Assembly (NCBI GenBank): GCA_002633005.1
Contig: NMRA01000005.1
Coordinates: 1,665,048-1,729,047, forward strand
Source: Phoronis australis
Lineage: Eukaryota > Animalia > Phoronida
Direction: 5' to 3'
Length of the DNA stretch: 64,000 bases
The translations under genes and the position numbers were made by a program. The notes beneath the pieces are model-generated. The model did not search any database, had not been told where the DNA came from, and saw only the letters and a program-made list of their open reading frames with translations. Each line of letters opens with the position of its first letter. The first letter of the stretch is position 1. Below, one piece after another: positions 13,401 through 25,400 of this stretch.

Positions 13401-16400
13401 GTTATTATGATAAAAAATCGAGCATTTCAAAAGTAATTTATAAAGACAGCATGAAGGGAGTTGAGTAAATAGCGCCAAATAAAGGAGGGACGGTGCAGAT
13501 ATGATATTACACGGTCTCCCGGCGACGCATAATGGCTGACAGGAACTTCAAAGCAATTACTTACTAAGACATTCGATGGATCGTTCCTCTCATAGGGACA
13601 ACTGATGTGCGTCTGTATAGACACCCCACGCGGCACATTACATCTGTGTGCTACCGCAGCAGTTGACCCTATGCAGTAGCCTAGACGCTGGGCAGCACCG
13701 CCATTTTGGTCCAGTACAATCTGCACACTATACTTATCAGCGACACAACGTAACCTGCATTTGGCAGCCGTCACATGATGTCTAAGGTCAACACCATACT
13801 GTTCACTTAGTTGTTCGAGTCTAGAAAGCCACTCAACATGAACTGGCATGATCTATGAGGTGTTCATCATGGCAGACAGGATTTAGACCACACAAGCTGT
13901 TCGTTCACATGTGATAACTAATTCTGATATAGTTTTAAATTATACTAATAATATCCCTAATCCGACAACACAATCAATAGGCATGTGCATGAATATCACA
14001 TCCAATCACAACATCGTAAACCATCAATCTTTTAATGTTTAGAGGCAACACCAACACTTTGTACATTATGTTAATATTCACCGAATTTGTCATGTCTGAG
14101 CGTGCCATATGGACAACATTATTCACACGAAAAACGTTCAGGAAAACAAATGTCGTGAACATTGACTAAATCTTACCACCGAACCACAAATAGCAGTTTA
14201 GTTAATTTCTTTCAACAGCACACAGATATTAGATTTCAAAGTTGCTTGTACAACAGGTGAAATTTAATGACGGTCACGTAAAAAATTCATGCAGAGCATA
14301 CTTTCTCATCAAACAAAGGTAAGCCAAGTTTGAGATGATTCAACATGCCACAAGCACCATACCTGAGCTCACATCATGGCATAGTGCAACCAGGGAAAAC
14401 TAGAAAAGTTTGTGATTGAACCACATGCAAGTGCCAACAAAATACCCATACTACTTGCAAGCCATGCTTGTCCTAACAAAATATGACTTACTAGTAAGTA
14501 CATTGCACATTAGCTACATTGCAACCTCCGTTACATACAAAAATATGGGTTTTCCGTGGAGAAGTGTCAGTCCTCAAACTTACACTTACTAAAGTTTTTA
14601 CCTCCTGTTCAAACACATTTTCTAAGAAAGGATTTATCCACTGGGGATTTAGACAGTGGGATCACTACAGCTCTCCTACATTTGACATCATTGCTGTCAT
14701 GGTTGCTTCTTTTTGTGTGTTACTGGTTGAATCCCAAGCATAATGGTTACAACCAACAAAGGCCAGTTACGGTAACAGGTAAACCCAAGTCAAAGACCAT
14801 TCCTGGTAAATTAAGTGTTTACTTAGTTTCAAGACTTGAATTGTTTCCTTATGAGAAATAATGGCCAAAGAAAACAACGTATCAGTAGTTTAACACGGAT
14901 TTGTCGTCTGATGTGTATGCTATCACAGTGTTGTGCCATAAGTGAGCGTTAAACAACACATGACATAATCAGAAAACAAAAGGGAAAATATGAATAATTA
15001 CGCATCATTCTTCTAAATTATTTAAAGGTAACTACCATAGACAGACATGAAGGAATATAGCATTTTCATTCTTTCCTTATTTTTGTTGAACAGTGTTATC
15101 TACTCACTTTGATTTCTGTTTTCAGTACAGTAACATCAGTTTCACCAGTAACAGAACTTGCCAAGTTAGTCTGAAAAACACAAAATAGGGACTACATAGA
15201 ACAGAAACTTAAAGCACCTATGAACCCATCTTTTCTACAAGAACCAAAATTTTACTTAAGACCATTTACTGCTATAAAATTAGTCCCAACTTGTTCCTTA
15301 CTTAGATGAGAAATGATATATTTCAGTTGATATTTCATTATTCCTATGTTCCGAGCGTAAAATGACACGTCGTGACCTGCCAACTTATGGAGTCTGAACT
15401 CAAACAATAACCAACTGTCAGTTCTATTGAAGTCATGAAGTCACCTCTAATATGACTTAAGCACAATTTGAAACCAATTTAATACTCTGATAAGTGGTCT
15501 AAATCGAAAGTTTTTTGTGATGGAAGGCAGGTTTGTCACTTAAACTCTTCAGTATTCTAGACCTAGTAGAAAACGGAACTTTCAAACATGTAAACTTTTG
15601 AAAAGTGGAAAATTGCAAGTTTAGCAATTAGTTTTGTGGAAGTTTGAAGAGAAATCGCAGTACAATTGACATTGGAAAGTTGAAAACGGATAGTAGAGTA
15701 ATATGGGTAACAAGTTAAGTTGCACAATGTGGTGTCTCACCTGGCTACTGACGAGCTGTCGCCAATGTTGTGTCTCCGCATGCAGACGTTGCACCTCCTG
15801 ATTGAGACGGTTTATCTCATGCTGAGACGCAATCACATCACTCAAGTCGGCTTCGTCACTATGGAAACCTAAATATGAAGTAATAAACTAAACGTGATTG
15901 ATGGTGACAAAGTAAACAAATGCCAGCCAACCTCCTTATTCACAGACAATGATTGACTAAGCCACACAACTTCAGAAAATGTCAAATAAAAATGATGTCC
16001 GTGATAAGATTACTCGCTATGGAGAAACACGTTTAGCACAGTCTCTGACTTCAACCATTATCAAGAGATAATTAATTATCCAATGTATCACAGATTATAA
16101 TCAACCCCTAAAAAATACCAGTATCATTTTTTTGCCAATTTCTCAAGCAGAAATATTCTTTTTAAAGAAAAACTTGCATAGTGCTATGCAAATTGACATT
16201 AAGTTTACACCCTGATAGGTTTAACAAGACATGGAGCATCCAGTAGTGATAATTAGTTCCATGACAATTAAAAATGCATTCAAAACAGCACATTACCTGT
16301 TAATTGGTTTAGATGGAGTATAATTGATAGTCTAACCACACAGTTCTCTACTTAGCTCTGAGCGGAATGACGTCAAATCTAAATATGTAGGCCCGTTATC

Positions 16401-19400
16401 TTAGTAAGACTAGCACCTGATGTTTACACAACACACCTAAGACTAATACAGACGGAGTTACTAAGCAGGTAAAACACACGCAAATAACCTTCAACATAAT
16501 GTTGATAGATGGTAAATTATAAATACTGTCTCACAAGGTTTAGACCTAATCAGGAACAAATTATGAAAAGAACCCAATACAACCACGGCCATTTTTCTAT
16601 GCAACATTAATGAAAAACAAGACTGTATCAATATAAAGTAAAAAGTATACAGCCGAACCAAACAGTACTAGCCTGGCTGAATCTGATATATTTTTGCATG
16701 ACAAGAAGCAAGTTTTCCGGTTTTTGTCTTCATTGAATGAAAACACACACTTAGCAGTCAAACCAAACATAATTCCAAAAACATTGAGACAATTTCGCTT
16801 AATTTAATATTTCATCCGAAATCAATTGCTAAAAAAATTAGCCAGTACACAAAAGTCACTGAAACAAGCAGTATATAAATTGACAACGAGCTCATGTCTG
16901 CAAGAAGTCTGACTAACTCACAATTATCCTATAACCTATAAAGCTTTAGGGATGATGGCTGAACAGCAGGAACCACCTGCCCAGTGGTGTAAGATACGAC
17001 ACTAATTTGCTTTGCATGGTACTGGTGAACAGTTTTTGCCTTCCACAAGGCCTCATCACAAAATTGAAGAAGGAAGTTTTCACAGTGTATTATAAGCAAG
17101 GTATATTTTCTGAATAAAAATGATTTCGTTATCACATGTCCAGTTGCACCAGGTCGCTAAGGTAATGTGTCTTATTAATTGTACAGTAAACATCATACAG
17201 GATCTTCAAAAAATGGGTTAGGCTGCCCTTAAAGGGATTTTTGTTTCCCTTGTCACACCCTCTCTCCTCTAAGATGGGTAGCTCTGTTGGTAAAATATTT
17301 TGCTTTTCCACACTTACTTTGTCAAGGTGCACTCATTTTTGTGGAAAAACTGAGGAAACAAATTATTTCACAATAATTCAAATAAAATGTTTTTTAGTCA
17401 CGCACACATTTTGCAGTCAGTCGTACATGGGGAAACAAAATAATTTACCTTTTACCTAATAAACAGATTCGCACCATAAGCAAACCAGTCAGTATAATCT
17501 ATGGTCATTTTGCTTATTACCTTTATCTCTCAACAGAGGGTTCTGGTGTCTGTACTTAAAAAAGCATGAGAGCAGACTCAAATAAACATGAATCAATACT
17601 ACCTATTTATCTTTCCCTACACAAGTTGGGTTGAGCAGTCATCTTTGAGAAGCAGGTGTTTCACGCTAATTTAAATACATCTACATAAAGGTGAGGCTTA
17701 TAGGAAGGACAGAAATGCAATCCAAAATTCAGGTGGAATGGGTAATGAAAACGTTAGTGATGAAGTCATCACTGACTCGGTAAATGAAGTACACAAGAGA
17801 TAAAAATATTAACGTGCTTGAAAATGCTGAAAAAACATTTTTTAGATTTTCACCTCAAAGATTAGGTACAGATTGAAGTACAAAAAGCCCAACCCTTTAA
17901 CTTTTTAAACCCAAACATCTCCTGAAAATAAGGTCACTTTAAGATAGCGATATCTACCAGTGGTACCATAGCGAGATAACTATCTTTTAACTCCACTTGT
18001 TTGAAATGAGGTCAAATTCACCTTTAGAACAACTCTAATAACCAGCTCATTATTGCAAATAGCTCATGCTCAGAAGGTCTAGATTAGTCACCTGGCAACC
18101 ACCCTAACAACTAGCCTTAAACACACAAGATTATCATGTGTTAGTGTAAAAAGAACAAAATGTGGAGAGCAGTGCCTCACGCACACCTAAATCAAGGTGA
18201 AGAGTGCAATGCCTGGAGATGAACTGAGCTAGAGTATGAACTTGGAATCAGCCTACTAATTATCATGAGCGCAAAAACAGTCCTGATACTGGACTAGCAG
18301 AAGTTAGCTATAATTAGGCGCAAAATACTCACGAAAGTTGCCATCTTAAATAAAAACAAGTATGCCATTTAACAGTCGTAACAAAATAAAATTCAATGTC
18401 ATCAGTCAGAGAAAAAGATGAGAATTCAAGTCAAATTAGAAATGAGCTGAAAGACCAGTAAGATTAGAACTGAGTGTGCCCAACTCGGCAAGGGTCAGAG
18501 GCAGAGAACATCACTACTGAGCTAAGCACCACCTATTGACTAAGTGACAAATCACGGAATAGTGGTATTTGCACCTGATATGCATTGTTTTAGTTTATTA
18601 TTATTATTACACTGAGAATTTTTCATTTCAACTTCAACAAGCAGTCATTACAACAAGAGAGCACTGTTGAAAACACAATACTTAATGAATGATCAACAGA
18701 GGCAAACTTTTGAAACACTGATTGTATGTTAACTACACTAAAATCTTACATGACAAACAAGTGAAGTTTTATGTTTACATGAAATCTACTGCAAGTAGCA
18801 AAGTAGCACCAAATAAACGCCTTATTACTGTAAAGTTCCATACCATAAACAGCTATCACCAGACAATGTTTTGACAAAGTGTGGGCATTCACTACATTGT
18901 TAAAAACCTTTAGACAATGATCAAATGGTAATTTAGGCAAATATTTTGTCAAAAATTAGTGAGAGTCTACCATAATAGGTTGACACAAAAATGGTTGGTT
19001 CATAAATTCCTATAGATGTCTATTCCACATAGTTACACACCCAGGTTCAAGCATGGTAGGTCTGAAAGTTTTAACATTTCCCTGGTGTCCATTTCATGAA
19101 AAGTGATTTAAGAGTTAACACGGAAATTTGGTTTTACGTTCCGCACAACAATTTCTGTACAATAATCAAATCTCACCCGAGTAAAAGTGCAACGTGTCTG
19201 AGAATAGACACATAAGTGCTAGTTACTGAGGTAATTCTATAAATTATTTCTTGACTTGGCTAAGATTTTTCAGCAGTTGTAACAATGCCAAAATGGACAA
19301 TCATCTTTCCGAACCACTGAATCTACTTTTTGAAGAGGGTGTCTAGTAAACAAAAGGAGATTCAACAGTTTGAAGAGGGAACACGCAGTTTGTAAAATAA

Positions 19401-22400
19401 TCTGATTGAACAGTAACAATAATTGTTTCACCATTGGTGCGGTATCTATTGCTAAATGCTTTACATCCCAATTCAAATATAAAAACAGGTCATCTTTGAA
19501 GGCGGGCAGATGTCTACATCGTTGTTCCCCATTACCGTAAGAACAGGACTGACCATAATGACAAGGCGTGTCACCAGTAAGAACAGAGAAAAACATCACA
19601 GTAACTCGTCAAGCCAGGAAAAGAAAGCACAACCTCACTATTATGTATCTAGAACATCATTAGACCCATAGCACATGATCCAATCTCTCTATTCCATCAA
19701 AATAGATCTAAGTGGATGGACTGGAAGCCATGATGCTGAGCATCCCATTAACAATAAACATCAAAAGACAACAACTTCCAAGGAAAAGTACGATTTCATA
19801 ATTCCTCACTTATTTAGCACACAATATGGTTGACAAGTGAAATTCTATTTTGTCAAATTTCTTCACAAAAATAAAGATTAAGAAATTTTTTGCATATTAC
19901 TATAACGGTGTGTACTGCCATGCAACAACAAGTTTTTCGTTATTAGCAGTCACGTAAGCAGCCTTTGAAAAATGATAGTTTTGGCAATTATTGTTGAGTG
20001 AAAATAAATAAAGAAATATCAACAATCTGCAGCAGAATAAAAGCACACATTAAGCTGTGAGCTAAGCCACATATAAGACTTTTAAAAGTTTAATAATTGG
20101 CTGAGGAGAAATGGTACCAGTCACAGTCATATATGTAAGAGCTGTCACTTCGCAATCAATGCCTAACATTACCGAATTCTATGAAATCCTGTTACTGGAC
20201 AAGAGCATAGAATTAAAAGGACATTTTAGATGCTCTAATTCTACAATTAATTAACAGTTCAAATATAAATATGTGCGATGAAGTTTACCTGATCTGTTGA
20301 CAACAGGTGAGGTGAGCTGTGATGTTGACGTGCTATGTGACAGGGTTGGTGAGCTAGGAACACCGGGACGGATGACGGAAGACAACAGGCGCTGCTCTAA
20401 CTCATGATGGCTGTGTTTCAAATCTTTAAGTTCAGCCTGAAATGTATCATAACTCCTTTAAACATACAGTGCAGTACATTACTTCACAACAATACAAACT
20501 GCAATGTGAACGACTTAGTTCTCAGGGAATGACAAAAAGTTGCCCATCCCAATCCCATAGTGAGTCAGATAAAAAACTGCGAACAAATAAAACATACGGT
20601 AAAATATCGGAAAAAACAATTGCCCAAATCTTGTTCTTCATTTTTGAAAGGCTTCAAACATTGCGGTGAATGTCATCAATGTTTCAAACATTGTTCGTTA
20701 GTAGCTTAGTTGGGTGTGGAACTTTAAAACGAAAAACCTTTGATTTGGTCTTACTTGTGAATATTAAAACATGAGAAAATAAAATATCACCGTGTCCTAA
20801 ATTGGTGATATTTTACCGCATATTTTCGTTGATAACCCAATGACCAGAGTTGCAAAACTGCATTTCATAAAACAATTGCATGACATATTAATCAAGTGAT
20901 TGCAAGTAAGCACCACTCTATTGACTACATTAAGTTCATAATTAAAATTTCCTCCAAAAATACAAGCAGATTCATAAGCATCTTGTAAAAGTTGCACTTA
21001 ACAAAGTCAACTGCTCATCTCATTAAGCTGGTAAATAAAATCATATTCACCACACATAGACTGAAGCACATACATGACCAAGAGTCACCACACACCTACA
21101 CGTCTTAAACTGGCTAATTTGTGTGTGTTTCATTAATTCTTCATAAATCGATTGTTAATAAATAATCTATAATAAGAAAACTGTCAATAACTATAATAAA
21201 GGATTATTCAATTTTCACTGACATGCTTGTGTCTCAAATTTACTTTTATGTTTCTCACATGGACATGTACCAAAATTCCGATACAGTCGCAGCTTTAAAT
21301 AGAGGCACATCAGCCTACTAGTAAGTGCATACACACGCAAACACAAGAATGCTGGTTCTACATACCTCCTTGCACACACACAAACACAAGAATGCTGGTT
21401 CTACATACCTCCTTGCACACACACAAACACAAGAATGCTGGTTCTACATACCTCCTTGCACACACACAAACACAAGAATGCTGGTTCTACATACCTCCTT
21501 GCGAGCCACAAGTTCTCTATACTCAGAAGAAATGGCGTTGATCTGCAGCTCAGCAGACTCAACATTCTCTTGCAATTCTCTGTTGGCATGACGAAGCTGG
21601 TCAATCTAATGTATAACAATTAAAAAACAGAACATTAGTGCACAGCTCATTTGTCATGGTTCGTACAAAACTTTGACCGAGAAATTCAAGGACTTTTTAA
21701 AGAATACTGAGGGTAGTTCAAGGCATACACAAAGCAAATTAAAATCCACCCACCCTTTCGCAACTGGGAAAATTCTTTAAAAAGAGGTAATCAAATTGAT
21801 AATACATATTTTTAATTATTATAATACAATACATATCATGATTTTTAAGACTTTTTAGATTTCTATTTATTGTGATAACCACCATGGTCCCAAGCACAAT
21901 ACAACAAGCTTAAAACTGTGAAATTTATCACTTGGTGCCTCTCACCAACCATGTGGAGATTTAAGGGCAAAACTCCCATTTTAGCAATATCAAATTGAAA
22001 TCATGGAAAAGTTTCAACTACTTCACACAAATCTCTATCAACTCAATAATAACTTTAGCAAACTGAAGAATTTGCATGAATGTTGGTTTCTGGAAAGGTA
22101 CTTCAAAAAAACCTTCGTCGTTGCCATCAGTAAAAATGCTATTACAATAAGTCAAAAACAATTTTCAAAAGTGTCATTTTTCCATTTTTTAAAAGTCGAG
22201 CTACCAGGCAGCAAATAATGTAAATGTTGCCACAGTACAAACAAACCCAATAACAGGCTATAATCTTATTCTTTATTCTTTTTTGAGAAATTTGACAAAA
22301 TGAAACTTCACATGTCTGCCATTTTGTGTACCAAATAGGGAAACAATTACAGTAGATGAACTTCAGATCTTAAAAAAGCCACAATGGTTTTCAAAAACCA

Positions 22401-25400
22401 ATACCAGATCTAATTTTAAACTTTTTATTAGATTACACGGCACTTGCAGTGGATTGGCCATCGTGGCTTTTCATCTTGGCCAGGTCTAGTGACACAGATC
22501 AGAGCAATGTTACTGGTATACACTGGTTTACACTAAGAGTCCCAGTTTGGTTTGAAAACAGCACATTAAACTAACACCCCATTAATCTCCGACACTGATG
22601 ACTTAAAAATGTTCAGTATGACTGTGAACATATGCTTGCACTGTTGGCACAAATTGCAAACTTTTGATCATTGAGAAATATTACTTTAGGCCTGGTACGA
22701 TGAACAAAAAAATTTTGCTTCAAGTCAAATGGGTGAAATATATCTTTTATATGTTTGCTGAATGCTTCTATCAACTTCTCAATTCGCTTGTTCACTGTGA
22801 TGTTACTTTGGTGTTCTGGACAAAAATCCCAAAAATTAGTAACAATGCTATTTATTAGGATCCTGAAGGGTCAAAAGGGTCTCTACTCTCTTTTTTCCCT
22901 TGAATTTAGTGATAACAAAATCTTAGAATTTTCAAATTATTGACTTGGACAAAAAAAGAGAAAAATTTTCCAGGTGACGCATCGTTCCACAAATAGGCTT
23001 GTGTGATACAAATATTTCCTTTTGTTGTAAAGTTTAGCTGAAATAAAGGTTTTTGTACGACTAAATTCAAAATAATGATCAAAAAGAGACGAAGAATGAG
23101 GAAACTGGAAATCAAAAAAGAGGAAGTTGAAACCACAAAAGCGGAAATCCTCTTAAAGAGCAAAATTCCAAGCTATGTTGGACCCCCTTTTAAAAAATCT
23201 TTGATCCAACATCCCCTTTTAAAAACTCCTGGATCTGCCCCTGTAATCATTACCTAATTATCAACATCACTCGTTTCTACTTTACAGTTCCCATCAACTC
23301 AATTTAGACTGTCTTGGATATTTTCTTATTGTATTCAGATTCATTCAAAATGTAATTTAAACAGCGAGCTAACCCTGTTGGTCTTTTATTGTTAGATCTA
23401 GTGTTTTGTTCCTTTATATTAACTTTGTTTATTCTGTTTTAATTAGGTCATTAAGTATTACACTTATTAATAATTGTTTAAATGTAACAATTCGCCTTTT
23501 GGTAACTGTATTTGCAAAATACACAAAATCTTGTATACATCAGAAACAAGTTTCAACATATACCATCAACTCAACATCCAAGCACAAAATGATTTTGAAC
23601 TAAATCTTAAAATATATTTATAAACAAATAAAGATTGAACTAGATTTATGATAATCTGCCTATGTTCCATACATTTCTCATGTCAAACACGACTTGAGAG
23701 TAACGTTCACAGAACAACAAAATTATGGCAAAATTATGCCAATATATAAAGAATTTTAGAAATTCACAGTACTATGTAACAAAAACGTGATAACAAAAAT
23801 AGTAGCTCATATTTTGCTCAAATAATCACCAACTGAATTAAATTTTATGTCAATTAGCACAAGTCATGTAAATGTTCTCAAATTGTCACATTAAAAAATA
23901 TTAGCGTGCAAGCAAAGCATCAGTACTACCTTGCGATTACTTTGATGATGACAGCGCCACTAACCATTTACTTCGATCTCTTTAACTACCCAAGCTGGTA
24001 TGAACGATTCAAATAAGTTTGCGGTTTACGTCGACACTCTGCTTACACCGAAGTTAACTAGATATGAAAGGCCCTTTACGCAGTGCTTACCTCTGTTGAT
24101 TGCACTGAACATTGATTTTCCAGTTGTTTAATTTTATTCCTTGCCACCCTCAACTCAGTTACATGATCTGCAACATAAATAAAGCAGAATTTAGTGATAA
24201 CAAATATTTCATACAAAGGAATTGCTAAAATTAAAAAACAATAAATCATGCATATTAATTACAGCACATAAATTAAGACGACATAACATGACAAAAATGT
24301 TACCAGTTTCCACTAGTATTACTGTAGCATACACTGCAGAAATATGTGACAAAAGTTGTCACCATGGCGTTAATTTGCTCCTTGTAAGTTCAGTTCACAC
24401 AAATACTTGAGCCCGATCACCTTGTTCTCAGTTAGCTGATCCTTGTAATCTTTTGTAGCGTAAACAGGACTAGGTGTATTTTATAAACGACTCAGTCCTG
24501 AGGACAAACACCAGGGTTCTAACTTAGTAAAAGCTCAGAGGGGAAATAACTAAGATTAAATAAGTTATTTTGCTTGCAGGCTTTGAAACGAGAAGAAATG
24601 AAATATTTAAAATTATTTACTTTACGTGTTTTAAAACTGCGAAAAATGTTTAAATTCTGTTTTTGCTTCTGGTGAGATGAAAATCATTTCAAACCCAGAA
24701 CACTCTCACTGCAGACTGACGACAAGCAGGACGTAAGTTAATGAAGAGATCACTATCACATGCTTTAGCGAATCAATAAGTGGTGAAGTGTTATTGTGAA
24801 CACTTAAAACAGAAATAAACGTGCCTTCCATCACAAAAAACAATTTGTGATTTAGACCACTTACCGTCATGAAATTGTTCACAATTTTCCTCAGTCTAGA
24901 ACGACATGATTTCAAGGCTTCAATACAACTGACAGTTTGTTCTTGCTTGAGACAAGGTTGTAGGTAGTCACGGCATATAATTTTGTGCGCCGACATGGTC
25001 TCGCCGAAAACCAAACTGCCAGTTCTTTGTAAACTAGTCGAAACCAATTTTAAAGTGGTAAGTGGTCTGAATCAAGTTTGTTTCTTGCATAGAACAAAGG
25101 TTCATAGCTGATTTACATTATTTCTATCTCAGCACAGGGGAATTTAATTATCACCTTCAATCTAGAAAATACCCGTCATTTTCTATAAAAGAGACTCATC
25201 AGTCACGATCTATGTCCAAATTCAGCCTTGAATTTAGTCACCTCTGTGCAGTCCCATCCACACACAGAACAACTTGCACTAGTGCAACTTGCCCCATTTC
25301 AAGTGGAGCACTCACATAGGCAGACAGTCACACATATCTGATAACTAGCGCAAGGTGGAAGTTGTTACTAGTCTATAATGCATGACAATGAACAACTGAT

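Noticed and set aside
13740-13872. Intronic C/D-box snoRNA (ATGATGA ... CTGA on the minus strand)
   Set aside because: No terminal stem or recognisable rRNA-complementary guide. Such short motifs are expected by chance.
21341-21502. CRISPR-like appearance of the 43-bp repeats, and likewise the 45-bp repeats at 38861-39085
   Set aside because: The units are head-to-tail with no unique spacers, there are no cas genes, and the context is a eukaryotic intron. They are minisatellites.
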